Positions 1 through 11,847 are shown, numbered from the stretch's first letter. The stretch is DNA of 64,000 nucleotides from Candidatus Aminicenantes bacterium (GCA_016933515.1 JAFGAV010000049.1:338-64337), one strand, 5' to 3'. Notes: generated by a model from the sequence alone, not told the origin. Translations and numbers: made by a program.

Positions 1-99
1 GGAACGTGCTGAAATCCATAAGGTTAAGACGCGCCGCCGGGCCGGATTTCATTGACACCGTCCGGGGGCGATGGTAATATGGACGGCCTTATTGCGCCC

Positions 100-1178
100 A
101 TGAAGAAAAACTTCCTCCGATACGCCGTCGTCCTGCTCCTGACCGCGGTCCTCCTGTTTTTTTTCTTCCGCAGCGTCGACTGGAGCAGCCTTTTCGCCAG
201 CGTCACAAACGTCAACGTTTTCTTTTTCGTGCTCATGGTCCTCTTCGGCCCCTTCCATCTCGTCCCCCGGGCGTTCCGGTGGAAATATCTCATCCGGCCC
301 GAAAAAAAGGACGTGAAGTTCTACAACCTTTTCGCCGGCCAGGCCATCGGGTTCACCGTGACGCTTCTTCTTCCCGCCCGGCTGGGGGAGATCGTCAAGC
401 CTCTCTACCTGGCCCGGAAGGAGAAAATCAGCGAAGGGTTCGCCCTGGGCACGGTGGTCGTGGAGAGGATTTTCGACATCATCGCCATGGTGTTCCTCCT
501 GGCCGTCTTTCTCCTCGCCCGCCCCCTCTACGTCGCGCAATTCTCCGTCTCGGTCGACGCCTATTCCTGGCTGTTCAAACTGGGGATGCTGGGCCTGGCG
601 CTCGATCTGGTCATCATCGCCTTCGTGCTCTGTCTTCATTTTTTCCGAAAGACGACCCTCCGCATCCTGAACGCCGTGCTCAAGCCCTTTCCCCGAAAGT
701 TCGCCGACAAAGTCCGGTCTCTGGTCGAGGAATTCATCCAGGGATTGAGGTTTTTCCGGTCCTTCTTCGACCTCCTGCGCTTCTTTCTGCTGTCGGTCCT
801 GGTCTGGGCGTCCATCGTCGTTTACTACTGGATCTTTTTTCTGGCCTACCGCGAGGTGTTTCCGGTTTACACCGTCATCCCCTACGTCTTCGCTACGATG
901 ATCGGCGCCGCCATCCCCACGCCGGGCATGGCCGGCGGGTTCGATTTTTTCAGCAAAAAGGCCCTGATGACGCTGTACTTCAGTCCGCGGATACCGGCCG
1001 ACGCCTCAGCCGCGGTCCGCCTGGCCATGGAGCGGGACCTGTCCACCAAGGCGACGGGCATGACCCTCGTCGTCCACGCCGTTCAGGTGGTGATGACATG
1101 CCTGGTGGGATTTGTTATACTCTGGAAAGAAGGCTTGTCTCTCCTGCAGCTTAAGAAAATGGGCGAGGAATTCCAGAA

Positions 1179-1182
<4 letters not shown>
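100..1182 (+). CDS. Polytopic membrane protein, flippase-like / lysyl-phosphatidylglycerol-synthase TM-region (UPF0104-like) family
   Basis: ORF 52..1182. I prefer the ATG at 100 ([14 protein letters not shown]...), which opens directly into a hydrophobic helix. About 8 hydrophobic segments, with an internal [10 protein letters not shown] loop typical of this family. The stop overlaps the nrdR start (ATGA at 1179-1182). Confidence 0.5.
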
Positions 1183-1634
<452 letters not shown>

Positions 1635-1648
1635 CCAGGCCGCCCCTG

Positions 1649-2125
1649 ATGGTCCGCAAGAAGATCCCCGTCCTCCGGCAGGCATCCCTCCGTGTGGAAG
1701 TCGCAAGCGTTCCGGGCGGCGGAACGGCCCGCGCCGGCGCGAGACTGCCCTGGGAGGAGCCCTGGGCCCCGGTCATGGACGTCTGGGAAAAGGAAGACCG
1801 AGTGGTCATCGAAGCGGAGCTTCCCGGCGTCGAGCCGGCGGACATCTCTCTTCTCGTCCGCCACAACCGTGTCGAGCTCCAAGGCAAAATGCGCCGGGAG
1901 CGGCACAGGGAAACGGCCCGCTATCACCGCCTGGAAAGGCCGAGCGGCTCCTTCCGGCGGACCGTGGCCCTGCCCTGCGTCATCCTGCCGGACAGGACGC
2001 AGGCCCTCCTGGACAACGGCGTCCTGTCCGTCGTCCTGTTCAAGGCGGGCGGGGGAGAAGCGCGGAAGAACCGCCGCCCGGACCCGTCCCGAGAAACAAC
2101 CGCCCCGGAGAAGGAACATGGCTGA
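1649..2125 (+). CDS. Hsp20 / alpha-crystallin family small heat-shock protein
   Basis: WAPVMDVWEKEDRVVIEAELPGVEPADISLLV..NRVELQGK...YHRLERPSGSFRRTVALP...DNGVLSVVLFK matches the alpha-crystallin domain pattern. The 3' end overlaps the lon start by 8 nt. Confidence 0.8.
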   Translation: MVRKKIPVLRQASLRVEVASVPGGGTARAGARLPWEEPWAPVMDVWEKEDRVVIEAELPGVEPADISLLVRHNRVELQGKMRRERHRETARYHRLERPSGSFRRTVALPCVILPDRTQALLDNGVLSVVLFKAGGGEARKNRRPDPSRETTAPEKEHG

Positions 2126-4532
2126 AAAAGACAACAACGAAGAATCCCAAATGGAGGAGATCCTCGGGGACAAGGACCAGAAGCTCCAAATCCCCTCCAA
2201 GCTCCCCGTCCTCCTCCTCCGGGACATTTGCGTTTTTCCCTTCATGATCGCCCCGCTGTATGTCGGCCGGGAGAAGTCGAAGGCGGCCGTGGACGCGGCC
2301 CTGTCCTCGCACCGCATGATCCTCCTTCTGACTCAAAAGGATATGGAACTCGAGGATCCCAAGCGGGAAGACGTGTACGACGTGGGAACCGTGGCCCTGA
2401 TCATGCGCATGCTCAAGCTGCCCGACGGCCGCATCCGCATCCTGGCCCAGGGCCTGATCCGGGCCCGGGTCGCAACCTTCGAGGAGGAGGGCGGCCATAT
2501 GGCCGCTCAGGTCCAGGTCCTTCACGAAGCCGAGAGCCAGGAGAAATCGGTCGAGAACGAGGCCCTGGTGCGCAACGTGCGTTCAAGCCTGGAGAAGGCC
2601 GCCTCGCTGGGAAAGAACCTCCCGCCCGAGGTGCTCATCATCGCCGCCAACATCGAGGAGCCCGGCCGGCTGGCCGACCTCGTCGCGGCCAACCTCGAGC
2701 TCAAGGTCGCCGAGGCCCAGACCCTTCTGGAAGTCGTCGACCCTCTGCAGAGGCTGAAGAGCGTTTATGAGCACTTGACCCGGGAGCTCGAGCTCCTGGA
2801 CGTCCAGTCCCGCATCTCCACCGAGGCCAAAGGCGAGATGGACAAGATGCAGAAGCAGTACTTCCTCCGCCAGCAGATGAAAGCCATCCAGAAGGAGCTG
2901 GGCGAGGGGAGCGAGATCCAGGAGGAGATCAAGGCTTACCAGGACAAGCTCAAGAAGCTCAAGGTCGCCCCTGAAGTCCGGGAGGAGCTGGAGAAGCAGA
3001 TCACCCGCCTGTCCCAGATGCATCCCGAATCGGCCGAGACGGCCGTGGTCCGCAATTACCTGGACTGGATGTTTGACCTGCCGTGGAACAAAACGACCGT
3101 CGACAACCTCGACCTCCGCAAAGCCAAAGCCATCCTGGACGAGGACCATTACGGGCTGGAGAAGGTCAAGGACCGCATCCTGGAATATCTGGCCGTGCGC
3201 TCGATCTCCAAAAAGCTCAAGGGGCCCATCCTCTGCTTCGTCGGGCCTCCGGGCGTGGGCAAGACCTCCCTGGGCAGGTCCATCGCCCGCTCCCTGGGCC
3301 GCAAGTTCCACCGCATCTCCCTGGGCGGCGTCCGGGACGAGGCCGAGATCCGGGGGCATAGGCGGACCTACGTCGGGGCCATGCCCGGCCGCATCATCCA
3401 GGGCCTGCGGAGGGCCGGGTCGAACAATCCGGTGTTCATGATGGACGAAGTCGACAAGATCGGCGCCGATTTCCGAGGCGATCCCTCCTCGGCCCTGCTC
3501 GAAGTTCTCGACCCGGAGCAAAACAAGGATTTCCGCGACCACTACTTGGGCGTGCCCTTCGACCTGAGCCGCGTCATGTTCATCACAACGGCCAACCTCC
3601 TCGATCCCATCCAGCCCGCCTTCCGGGACCGGATGGAGATCATTCCGCTTCCGGGATACATCGAGGAGGAGAAGCTGCAGATCGCCATGCGGCATCTCGT
3701 CCCCAAGCAGCTCCGGGAGAACGCCCTGAGCCGGAAGCGCATCGAGTTCACCCGGGGGGCCATCCAGAAGATCATCAATGTCTACACCCGGGAGGCCGGG
3801 GTCCGGAACCTCGAGCGGGAAATCGCCGCCGTCTGCCGCAAAGTGGCCCGCAAGGTGGCCGAGGGAAAGAAAGGTCTGACCCGTATCACCTCCCAGAATC
3901 TCGAGCGATTCCTCGGCCCTCCTCGCATCTTCCGCGACCAGCTCCTCAAGGACGACCGCGTGGGCGTGGCCACCGGCCTGGCCTGGACCGAGACGGGCGG
4001 CGAAATCCTGTTCGTCGAAGCAACCAAAATGAAGGGCAAGGGCGGATTATCCCTGACGGGATCGTTGGGAGCGGTGATGAAAGAATCGGCCCAAGCCGCC
4101 CTGAGCTACGCCCGAGCCCACGCCCCGGAGCTGGGCATCGACGTCAAGATGTTCTCGGAAAACGACTTTCACGTTCATATCCCCGAAGGCGCCATCCCCA
4201 AGGACGGCCCTTCGGCCGGGATCACCATTGCCGTGACCCTGATCTCGGTCTGCACCGAAGCCAAGGTGCGGAGGGACACGGCCATGACGGGCGAGATCAC
4301 GCTCCGGGGAAACGTCCTCCCCGTCGGCGGGGTCAAGGAGAAAGTCCTGGCCGCGCAGCGGGCCGGAGTTTCCCGCATCATCCTCCCCCAGGCCAACAAA
4401 AAGGGCCTGGTAGACATCCCCAAAGCGCTTCGCAAAGATATCGAGTTCGTGTTCGTCGACAATATCCGGCAGGTGTTCGAGAACGCCCTGTCCCCGGCCC
4501 GGAAAACCCGGTCGAAAAAACGAAGGATTTGA
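2118..4532 (+). CDS. lon: ATP-dependent Lon protease
   Basis: ORF 1692..4532, but homology begins at the ATG at 2118 (MAEKDNNEE...[26 protein letters not shown], the Lon N-domain). Walker [10 protein letters not shown]. Catalytic Ser motif [12 protein letters not shown]. The upstream 142 codons overlap hsp20 in another frame and are Arg/Pro-rich junk. Confidence 0.95.
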   Translation: MAEKDNNEESQMEEILGDKDQKLQIPSKLPVLLLRDICVFPFMIAPLYVGREKSKAAVDAALSSHRMILLLTQKDMELEDPKREDVYDVGTVALIMRMLKLPDGRIRILAQGLIRARVATFEEEGGHMAAQVQVLHEAESQEKSVENEALVRNVRSSLEKAASLGKNLPPEVLIIAANIEEPGRLADLVAANLELKVAEAQTLLEVVDPLQRLKSVYEHLTRELELLDVQSRISTEAKGEMDKMQKQYFLRQQMKAIQKELGEGSEIQEEIKAYQDKLKKLKVAPEVREELEKQITRLSQMHPESAETAVVRNYLDWMFDLPWNKTTVDNLDLRKAKAILDEDHYGLEKVKDRILEYLAVRSISKKLKGPILCFVGPPGVGKTSLGRSIARSLGRKFHRISLGGVRDEAEIRGHRRTYVGAMPGRIIQGLRRAGSNNPVFMMDEVDKIGADFRGDPSSALLEVLDPEQNKDFRDHYLGVPFDLSRVMFITTANLLDPIQPAFRDRMEIIPLPGYIEEEKLQIAMRHLVPKQLRENALSRKRIEFTRGAIQKIINVYTREAGVRNLEREIAAVCRKVARKVAEGKKGLTRITSQNLERFLGPPRIFRDQLLKDDRVGVATGLAWTETGGEILFVEATKMKGKGGLSLTGSLGAVMKESAQAALSYARAHAPELGIDVKMFSENDFHVHIPEGAIPKDGPSAGITIAVTLISVCTEAKVRRDTAMTGEITLRGNVLPVGGVKEKVLAAQRAGVSRIILPQANKKGLVDIPKALRKDIEFVFVDNIRQVFENALSPARKTRSKKRRI

Positions 4533-4608
4533 TGAGGAGGACGGAGAGAACGATCCCGGCCCCGCGGCGTCGCGGCCGGAGGAACGGGAAAAAGGAAGAA
4601 GAATTCCC

Positions 4609-5622
4609 ATGATCGGCCCTCGCCTTGACGAGCCGGAGCTCATCGCTCTTCTCCGCGGACGATTTCTCCGCCGGGGGAGGGGCCTGGAGCTGGGAATCGG
4701 GGACGATGCGGCCGTCATCCGTTTCGGAGGCGAACGGCTGCTTCTGGCCAAGGACCTTCTCGTGGAGGGAGTGGATTTCCGCCGCGCCTGGCAGCCTCCC
4801 CGTTTTCTCGGACGCAAGAGCCTCAACGTCAATCTGAGCGACATCGCCGCCATGGGAGGCCGGCCTCTCTATGCGCTGCTCGGATTGGCGCTGCCGAAAA
4901 ATCTCGAGGGCCCCTGGGTCGAGGATGTTCTCCGCGGATTCGGCGAGGCGGCCGAGGAGCACGGTGTCCTTCTGGTCGGCGGCGACCTGTCCCGCGCGGA
5001 TCGGGTCATGATTTCGGTCACGATCGCAGGCCGGGCGGAGAAGCCCGTCCTGAGGACGGGCGCGAAGCCGGGGGATTTCCTCTTTGTCTCGGGGACGTTG
5101 GGCGACGCGGCCGGGGGGTTGCGCCTCTTAAAGCGGAAGAACGAAACGATCTTGAAGGACGCGGACGGAGCGCCGGCGGGAAAATCCCGCCGGCCGGGCA
5201 TCCGGCTGGTCGAGGCCTTCCTTGATCCTCAGCCCCGCGTGGCGCTCGGTCTGGAACTGGCGCGGCGGGGTCTGGCCTCGGCCATGATCGACCTCAGCGA
5301 CGGCCTGTCGGTCGACCTCGGACATCTCTGCCGGGAAAGCCGCGTCGGCGCCGAGGTCTGGGCTTCAAGCCTCCCCCTGTCCTCCGAGCTGCGGATGCTT
5401 TTTCCCGCTCCTTTGAACTTGGCCCTGCACGGCGGGGAAGATTTCGAGCTTTTGTTTTCCGCCCGTCCGGCCGGGGTGAAAGAGCTTCTGCGCCTCAGCC
5501 GCCGCCACCCCCTTTATCCCGTCGGCCGCGTCGTGCGCGGCGAAGAGATCATTCTCATCGGCTGCCGAGGCCGCCGGTCCCGTCTTCCCGAGCGCGGCTG
5601 GCGGCATTTCTCCTCCCGGTAG
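4609..5622 (+). CDS. thiL: Thiamine-monophosphate kinase
   Basis: [35 protein letters not shown] and a GGD..R..... AIR-synthase-like fold pattern. About 337 aa. Confidence 0.85.
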   Translation: MIGPRLDEPELIALLRGRFLRRGRGLELGIGDDAAVIRFGGERLLLAKDLLVEGVDFRRAWQPPRFLGRKSLNVNLSDIAAMGGRPLYALLGLALPKNLEGPWVEDVLRGFGEAAEEHGVLLVGGDLSRADRVMISVTIAGRAEKPVLRTGAKPGDFLFVSGTLGDAAGGLRLLKRKNETILKDADGAPAGKSRRPGIRLVEAFLDPQPRVALGLELARRGLASAMIDLSDGLSVDLGHLCRESRVGAEVWASSLPLSSELRMLFPAPLNLALHGGEDFELLFSARPAGVKELLRLSRRHPLYPVGRVVRGEEIILIGCRGRRSRLPERGWRHFSSR

Positions 5623-5623
5623 G

Positions 5624-5651
5624 GAGTGAACGGTCACTCTCATTTTTCCTT
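5624..5651 (+). terminator. Possible intrinsic terminator after thiL
   Basis: GAGTGA(5624-5629)-acgg-TCACTC(5634-5639), followed by tcatttttcctt. The stem is short (6 bp), so the call is weak. Confidence 0.3.
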
Positions 5652-5772
5652 AATTCTGTTGACAAACGAACGCCGGGGGCGTTAAAAAAAACCCAAAGCG
5701 GAATTTAAACTCATCCCCGGACGTCCGTCCGGGCGAGACGCTCCGGGGGGAGGAGAACCTAGGGAGGGACTC

Positions 5773-6963
5773 ATGAGAAGAGCGTTGATCATTTCAGCCG
5801 TTTTTTTCGTCTGTGTCCCGGCGCTCTTCGCCGGCGGCTGGAACAACACCCTGATCGGCTGCCGGGCCATCGCCCTGGGCGGCGCCTTTTGCGCCGTGGC
5901 CGACGACCCGTGCGCCGTTTTCTACAATCCGGCGGGTCTCGTGCTCCAGGAAAACCGCTTTCACCTGGCGCTGGACGGGTTTTATGTTTGGCCGACTCAT
6001 GAGTTCACCACGGTGAACGGCAACATCATTCAAAGCCGATACAACACCTCCCTGCCACAATTTTTCGCGACCTGCCGGGTGAACGACAGACTGACCGTGG
6101 GTTTCGGCATGTATACGCCCTATGCGGGAGGGGGCGTGGACTGGGAAAAAAGCGACCTGGGCTTCCCCCTGAAAACGGTCATGGGCATCGTCTCCTTCAC
6201 GCCCTCCCTGTCCTATCGGCTTGGTCCGACGCTCTCCGTCGGGATCAACATCAACTGGTATCGTGCCGTGTTCTCGATCGACACGGAGGTCGAACCCTAC
6301 GGTCCCTTGAGCTCCGAGGAGCAGGGCTCGGCTCTTTCCGGGGGGTTGGGCCTTCTTTTCCGGCCTTCGGAAAAGATCGCCCTCGGAGTCAGCCTCCGCG
6401 CGCCGGCCCGGATGAAGTTGACGGGCAAGACCCATATGCAATACGACATCTACCGCCTGAGCCTGAACTCGGATACGGCATTCAATCTCCCCTGGGATAT
6501 GGATATCGGCGCCGCATTCAGGGTGAGCGAGCGCCTGCTCGTTTCGGCCGGCGCGCAGTATTCGATGTGGTCGGCTCTGGACAAAGTCGAGAAAGCCGTC
6601 CGCGATGTTCCTCTGACCGGGGATATCCGGCTGGATGAACCCATGGGCTTCAGGGACATTCTCGTCCTTCGCTGCGGCGCGGAATACGCCTTTCCCCAGG
6701 GCCTGGCGCTTCGGGCGGGAGTGGGGCTCGACCGCTTCGCTTCGCCGGTCGAGGCGCTGACGCCGACCAACATCGACGTCGACAAGCTCACCCTGCTCGG
6801 CGGAATCGGTTACCGGGCCGGGAGGATGAAGATCGATTTCGCCTATGTTTACGGCATCGGCGAGGAGCGGGAGAAGGAGGTCCTCGTCATGGGCCTGCCC
6901 TTCAGCGAAAAGTACAATCTGAACGTCCGCGTCGTCGGATTGGGCCTGACCTTCGTTTTCTGA
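5773..6963 (+). CDS. Outer-membrane transport protein, FadL/OmpP1/TodX-like beta-barrel
   Basis: SD GGAGGG lies 5 nt before the ATG. Signal peptide MRRALIISAVFFVCVPALFA. NPAGL motif near the N-terminus (FYNPAGLV). Alternating beta-strand pattern and a C-terminal aromatic (…LGLTFVF). Confidence 0.7.
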   Translation: MRRALIISAVFFVCVPALFAGGWNNTLIGCRAIALGGAFCAVADDPCAVFYNPAGLVLQENRFHLALDGFYVWPTHEFTTVNGNIIQSRYNTSLPQFFATCRVNDRLTVGFGMYTPYAGGGVDWEKSDLGFPLKTVMGIVSFTPSLSYRLGPTLSVGININWYRAVFSIDTEVEPYGPLSSEEQGSALSGGLGLLFRPSEKIALGVSLRAPARMKLTGKTHMQYDIYRLSLNSDTAFNLPWDMDIGAAFRVSERLLVSAGAQYSMWSALDKVEKAVRDVPLTGDIRLDEPMGFRDILVLRCGAEYAFPQGLALRAGVGLDRFASPVEALTPTNIDVDKLTLLGGIGYRAGRMKIDFAYVYGIGEEREKEVLVMGLPFSEKYNLNVRVVGLGLTFVF

Positions 6964-6999
6964 ACGGCGCGTCTTTTCTTTCCTAAGGCCTCCGCCGGC

Positions 7000-8538
7000 T
7001 CATGGAATCGGGAGCGGCGAACCGAGCTTCCGGTAAAGATAAAACGTTTCGTCACCGACCACGGCTTTGCCCGTTTTTCCGACCTGCCGGAGCGATCGTG
7101 TGAGCAGCGAGAATTTGTTCAGCGGGTAGTTCAAAATGAGGAGAAAATTTCGCCCCGACTCGCGGCTCAGGCGTTCGGCGGCGCGGGTGATGTGGTTCAT
7201 GTCCGTATTGGATCGGACGGAGGGAGTGTTCAGCTGGTAGGTTCCCCACCGTTCTCCGCGGGGAAGATAAATCGGACGCTTGAGATGGACGGAAATCGAG
7301 GACATGACGTAATCGATGTCTCCTACGAGAATGTGGTCTTGGAGGCCGTTTCTTTCAAGGTATTTTGCCGTCCCCAGCCCGCCGGAAAACGGATGGCGGA
7401 TGTCCATGGCGGCGGCGTAGAGACCCGCCAGGGCCTGCACGGCGAGGACAAGGGTCAGGACGGCCGGCGCCGCCTTGTGAAAGGATTCGGACAGAGCGGC
7501 GAGACCTCGGAAGCCCGCGAAGGGGGCGGTGCCGTCCGACGGGGACGAGACGAGCCACAGGGCGGCCAGGAAGACGAAAAAGAAGAATCCGTGATGGCGG
7601 AGATAGCCGAAGTAATGGAAAAAAAAGAATGCGATCAGGGCCGCGGTCGCCGAGACATAGAAAACAAACGCCGGGAGGCGCCGGGAAAAAAGCACGAGGG
7701 CAGTCACCACAATCAAAGCCAGAAGCAGGTGGATGGTGACTGCGGTCGCCGGAAGGTGATTAAGAAGAGAGGTGTTCCAGAAACTCAGGTGCGGCTCGGG
7801 CAGGGGGAAAAACGCCTTGGGGATCGTCCGCAGGACGGGGAAGAGCGTCTTCGGATCGAAAACGAACGACATGTTGCCGGCATAGATCGATTCGGAATGG
7901 GGAAACGCCGAGAGAATCGATGTTCCGATCCCGGCCAGGCCGAGTCCGAGCCCCGGCCAGAACAGGCGCGGCGCGGCGGCCTTCCGGATGCCGAGGCGAT
8001 CGGCGGCCAGGGCCAGGATCAGGGCCGCGGACAGGATGATGGCGTGGATCGAGGTCAGAGACAGGAGGGCGATGCAGGCGCCGAGGAGGAGAAACCGATC
8101 GTGCCTTTGGGGATAGAAGAGGCAGAAAAGGAACAGGAACAGGATGCCGAGCGAATAATTCCGGGCGATGACTCCGTACTCGAAAAGGGCATAATATCCC
8201 AGAGCGAAAAAGATTTTGTTCAGGCGGGAAAAGGGGGCGTAACGGGCGAAGATCCATACCGCCGCCGCGGCGATCGCCAGATGGACGATCTGCATCGCCG
8301 CGGGCGAGGATGTGACCCGGGTCAGGAGGAAGAGGAGGAGATGCCAAAGAGGGGGATGGACGTCGTATCTGATCCGGAGGAGAAGGTCCGAAACGGTCCG
8401 GCTGTCCCTGGCCATGAGGAAGGTCTGGGCTTCGTCCCTCCAGATTTCGTGGCGGGCGGTGACGGCGCCGGCGACGAGAACATAGGCCAGGAGGATGAGG
8501 AGGGCAAAGGCACGCTCCGAGAGTTTCAAGCGGCGCAT
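7000..8538 (-). CDS. Large polytopic membrane protein, possible GT-C-fold glycosyltransferase
   Basis: 512 aa with more than 10 hydrophobic helices. An acidic WRDEAQTF motif in the first loop resembles the GT-C DE/DxD loop. A soluble C-terminal domain follows. The family was not recognised with certainty. Confidence 0.4.
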   Translation of the reverse strand: MRRLKLSERAFALLILLAYVLVAGAVTARHEIWRDEAQTFLMARDSRTVSDLLLRIRYDVHPPLWHLLLFLLTRVTSSPAAMQIVHLAIAAAAVWIFARYAPFSRLNKIFFALGYYALFEYGVIARNYSLGILFLFLFCLFYPQRHDRFLLLGACIALLSLTSIHAIILSAALILALAADRLGIRKAAAPRLFWPGLGLGLAGIGTSILSAFPHSESIYAGNMSFVFDPKTLFPVLRTIPKAFFPLPEPHLSFWNTSLLNHLPATAVTIHLLLALIVVTALVLFSRRLPAFVFYVSATAALIAFFFFHYFGYLRHHGFFFFVFLAALWLVSSPSDGTAPFAGFRGLAALSESFHKAAPAVLTLVLAVQALAGLYAAAMDIRHPFSGGLGTAKYLERNGLQDHILVGDIDYVMSSISVHLKRPIYLPRGERWGTYQLNTPSVRSNTDMNHITRAAERLSRESGRNFLLILNYPLNKFSLLTRSLRQVGKTGKAVVGDETFYLYRKLGSPLPIP

Positions 8539-8594
8539 CGTGGCGATCTAATTCTTTTAGTCAACAAATCCGAGAAAAATTTGAATTTTGAGAT

Positions 8595-8612
8595 CCGGAC
8601 CTCATGGTCCGG
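8595..8612 (-). terminator. Possible hairpin downstream of dapF
   Basis: CCGGACC(8595-8601)/GGTCCGG(8606-8612) with a 4-nt loop. On the minus strand the trailing sequence is only moderately U-rich (AUCUCAAAAUUCAAAUUUUUC). Confidence 0.3.
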
Positions 8613-8632
8613 GAGCCCGGAATCTCTCTTAT

Positions 8633-9529
8633 TTACAGTTTCGCTCGAAGGTCGGGCGTCGCCGGTCCGGTCAGCTTGGAGACGAGCCGTCCCTCGAAGA
8701 CGATCTCCGCCGGCCCGGACTGGAAGATCGAGTTCTTCGTTTCGTCCCAGTCGACGACGAGCGCTCCCAGACTGGTGCGGACGGTCACCGTCCGCCCGGT
8801 CCGCCCCTTGAGGATCGCAGCCGCCGCGGCGGCGCAGGCCCCGCTCCCCGAGGCCAGCGTCTCCCCCACGCCCCGCTCCCAGAAAAGGACCTCGATCTCC
8901 CCGCGGTTGATGACGCGGACGAACTCGATGTTGACCCGTTGGGGAAAGAAGGGGTGGGATTCGATTTCCCTTCCGATTTGATGCCACTCGATGCGCGCCG
9001 GAAAACGGTCCACGAAGACGGCGCAATGGGGATTGCCCATGGACAGCGCGGTTACGGGATAGGTCTCTTGATTGATGGACAGCGGGTAGTCGATGACCGT
9101 TTCGTGGCGGGCGCCGTCGTCGAAGGGAATGTCCGTTGCGGCCAGGCGGGGCGTGCCCATTTCGGCGCGGGTCTCGTAGCGATTCGCCGACGCCGAGAGG
9201 AGCTCGCATTCGCGCTCGCCGGACGGAGTGCGGAACAGGATGCGGGGGAGCAAGATCTTCTTTCGGTGGAACAGGTAGGCCGCCGCGCAGCGCAGACCGT
9301 TGCCTGAAATTTCGGGCTCGCTCCCGTCGGCGTTGAAAATCCGGAAATCGGCGCGGCCCGCTTCGCGGTCGGTGACAGTCGTCAGAAGCAAACCGTCGGC
9401 GCCCACGCCGGTGTGGCGGTCGCAAACACGCCACACAAAACCGGCGATCTCTGGAACGCCGCTCCAGTCCTCGCCGTCGACGAGGACGAAATCGTTGCCC
9501 AGGGCGTGGACCTTGACGAACGACATCAC
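8633..9529 (-). CDS. dapF: Diaminopimelate epimerase
   Basis: VHALGNDFVLVD, NADGSEPEISGNGLRCAA, MGNPHCAVFVD and ERGVGETLASGSGACAAA, which include both catalytic-Cys regions. The start is either GTG at 9529 (GTGA overlap with the htrA stop) or ATG at 9526. Confidence 0.92.
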   Translation of the reverse strand: MMSFVKVHALGNDFVLVDGEDWSGVPEIAGFVWRVCDRHTGVGADGLLLTTVTDREAGRADFRIFNADGSEPEISGNGLRCAAAYLFHRKKILLPRILFRTPSGERECELLSASANRYETRAEMGTPRLAATDIPFDDGARHETVIDYPLSINQETYPVTALSMGNPHCAVFVDRFPARIEWHQIGREIESHPFFPQRVNIEFVRVINRGEIEVLFWERGVGETLASGSGACAAAAAAILKGRTGRTVTVRTSLGALVVDWDETKNSIFQSGPAEIVFEGRLVSKLTGPATPDLRAKL

Positions 9530-11034
9530 GGCACGCGCAGGGTGACGATCGAATCCTGAAGGGCGCCTTCGGATTCGCGGCGGACAAGGAGCATCAAGGG
9601 GTCTCCGGACTCCGCGCGATTGAGGACGCTTTCGAACTCGGAAACGGCGGACAGCTTTTTCCTGTTGACTTCGAGAATGATGTCGCCCTGCCTGAGGCCG
9701 GCCCGGGCGGCCACGCCGTAGGACCGGACCTCCGTGATCAGCAGCCCCTCGGTCGTCCGGAAGCCGTGGCGCCGGGCGAGGGAAGGAGTCATGGGCGTCA
9801 ATGACAGGCCGATGTCCTTCTCGGGATCCACGGCCTGACTTTTCTTCCCCTCCTCATCGAGCTCGGCCAGAACGGCGGTCACGGCCTTTTCCTTGCCCTC
9901 GCGGATGATCGTCAGCTCGATGCGGGAACCGGGCAAGTTGTCCGCGATTTTGAGGCGAAGGTCGTTCATGTTTTCCACGGGCTGCCCGTTGACTTCCACA
10001 ATGACGTCGTAGGGTTTCAGCCCGGCTTTCTCCGCCGGGCCGCCCGCCTCCACCGTAGAGACCAACGCTCCTTTTTTGGTTTTCAGACCCAACGTTTCCA
10101 TGACGCCGTTGTCGATGTTCTGGATGCCGACGCCCAGACGGCCGCGGACGACGCGGCCTTTTTCCTTGAGCTGGACGACGACCTTCTTGGCCAGGTTGGA
10201 GGGGATGGCGAAGCCGATGCCGATGTTCCCGCCGGTAGGCGTCAGGATATTGCTGTTGATGCCGATGACCTCGCCCTTCATGTTGACCAGGGGGCCGCCG
10301 CTGTTGCCCCGATTGATGGCGGCGTCGGTCTGGATGAAATCCTCGAGCTGGGGCACGTTTCCGCCCACGCCCAGCTGCCGTCCCTTGGCGCTGATGATGC
10401 CGGCCGTCACGGTGTGGTCCATCCCCAGCGGGTTTCCGATGGCCAGAACCCATTCTCCGACCCGAACCTGGGCCGAGTCGCCGATTTCGGCGAAGGGAAA
10501 ATTCCTGCCTTCGACTTTCAGGAGGGCCAGATCGGTCCGGGGATCCGTTCCTTTGACTTTGGCCTCATAATCTTCGCCCTGGACGGTGGTCACCTTGACC
10601 GAGGCGGAATTTTCCACCAGATGGTTGTTGGTCAGGACGAATCCGTCTGAGGAAATGAAAAAACCCGTTCCCTGCGCCTGAGCCCGGAACTCGCGCGGCT
10701 GGCGCGGACTGCGGGGCTGGCCGAAAAATCTCTCCCAGAAATCCTCAAAAGGCGAGTTCATGTCGAACTCAAAACCCTCCTGGCGGACGACGCGCTCGCT
10801 TTCGATTTTGACCACGGCCGGGCCGACCAATTCGGCCACCCGCGTGAAGTCAAGGTCGGGCTTCGGCGTGTCTGGCGAGGCGAAGAGGTCGGAGTTGAAA
10901 CGCGGCTTTTTTTCGTCCAAAAACGAGGCCCGACCGGGCGTCTCTTTCTCGGGCATGAGCAGCAGGACATATCCTGCGGCCAGGAGCCCGATGAAGAAGC
11001 TGGCCAAGGCTATCCATACGACCTTTTTCATCAT
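9526..11034 (-). CDS. htrA: Periplasmic serine endoprotease, HtrA/DegP/DegQ family (trypsin-like domain + 2 PDZ)
   Basis: GGAGG lies 5 nt upstream of the ATG. N-terminal membrane anchor/signal. TNNHLV (His), catalytic Ser in GNSGGPLVN, and two PDZ-like segments (…GALVSTVEAGGPAEKAGLKPYDVIVEVNG… and …GLLITEVRSYGVAARAGLRQGDIILEVN…). Confidence 0.92.
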   Translation of the reverse strand: MMKKVVWIALASFFIGLLAAGYVLLLMPEKETPGRASFLDEKKPRFNSDLFASPDTPKPDLDFTRVAELVGPAVVKIESERVVRQEGFEFDMNSPFEDFWERFFGQPRSPRQPREFRAQAQGTGFFISSDGFVLTNNHLVENSASVKVTTVQGEDYEAKVKGTDPRTDLALLKVEGRNFPFAEIGDSAQVRVGEWVLAIGNPLGMDHTVTAGIISAKGRQLGVGGNVPQLEDFIQTDAAINRGNSGGPLVNMKGEVIGINSNILTPTGGNIGIGFAIPSNLAKKVVVQLKEKGRVVRGRLGVGIQNIDNGVMETLGLKTKKGALVSTVEAGGPAEKAGLKPYDVIVEVNGQPVENMNDLRLKIADNLPGSRIELTIIREGKEKAVTAVLAELDEEGKKSQAVDPEKDIGLSLTPMTPSLARRHGFRTTEGLLITEVRSYGVAARAGLRQGDIILEVNRKKLSAVSEFESVLNRAESGDPLMLLVRRESEGALQDSIVTLRVP

Positions 11035-11190
11035 GAAACCTCCAAATCTTGTTTAAGAATAACAATTTAGCACATCCGCCGGCCTTTGACAAATCGGCCG
11101 GCGCCGCTTAAGAAAAACATCCGAAAACGCACCGGGGTTGCGTCCCGCCGTCGAGCGGGTTATCATCCCCACGAGTCCGAGAGTGCCGTC

Positions 11191-11847
11191 ATGAAGCTGA
11201 AAAGAGGATTGCTCGTCGTCCTGGAAGGGATCGACGGCTCGGGCAAGACGACCCAAGCCCGGCGGCTGGCCGGCGCTCTGCGCCGGGCGGGAGTGGACAC
11301 GGCGCTCTTCCGCGAGCCCACGCGCGGGCCCTGGGGCCGCATGATCCGGCGGCTGGCGCGCCGGCCGCGCTCCCTGAACGCGGAGGAAGAGCTGTTCCTT
11401 TTCCTTTTGGACAGGCGGGACAATGTCGAACGGAACTTGAAACCCGCTTTGCGCCGGAAAAAAACGATCGTTCTGGACCGGTATTATTTCTCCACGATCG
11501 CCTACCAGGGGGCGAGGGGAATCAGCCGCGATCGGATCCGGCGCCTGAACGAGCGTTTCGCGCCGCCTCCGGATCTGGTTTTCATTCTGGACGTTCCGCC
11601 GGGAAGAGGCCTTGGGCGGATCACCGGCCGGCGCAAGCGGGAGCCTCTCTTCGAGCGGAAAAGCTATCTCCGCCGCGTCCGCCGGAATTTCCTGGATTTT
11701 CGCGGGCCGGCTTTTGTCCATCTTGACGGCCGCGGCGATCCGGGTGTCCTCGCTCGAGACATCCGCGGCCGCGTCTTCCGCCTCCTTCATAAAGCGGCGT
11801 CGAGCGGAAGCCGGGGCGGTCCCGCCGTCCTCGATCGATCGAGTTGA
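11191..11847 (+). CDS. tmk: Thymidylate kinase
   Basis: ORF 11086..11847. ATG at 11191 gives MKLKRGLLVVLEGIDGSGKTTQARRL (P-loop), then DRYYFSTIAYQG. About 218 aa, the canonical size. Confidence 0.88.
   Translation: MKLKRGLLVVLEGIDGSGKTTQARRLAGALRRAGVDTALFREPTRGPWGRMIRRLARRPRSLNAEEELFLFLLDRRDNVERNLKPALRRKKTIVLDRYYFSTIAYQGARGISRDRIRRLNERFAPPPDLVFILDVPPGRGLGRITGRRKREPLFERKSYLRRVRRNFLDFRGPAFVHLDGRGDPGVLARDIRGRVFRLLHKAASSGSRGGPAVLDRSS

Noticed and set aside
1692-2117. N-terminal extensions in the ORF track: lon from 1692, tmk from 11086, the OMPs from 24590/25237/26153, the GT2 from 54841, and others.
   Set aside because: The extensions overlap upstream genes in other frames, are low-complexity, and precede internal ATG/GTG codons with SD sequences where homology or signal peptides begin. 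I trimmed the starts instead.
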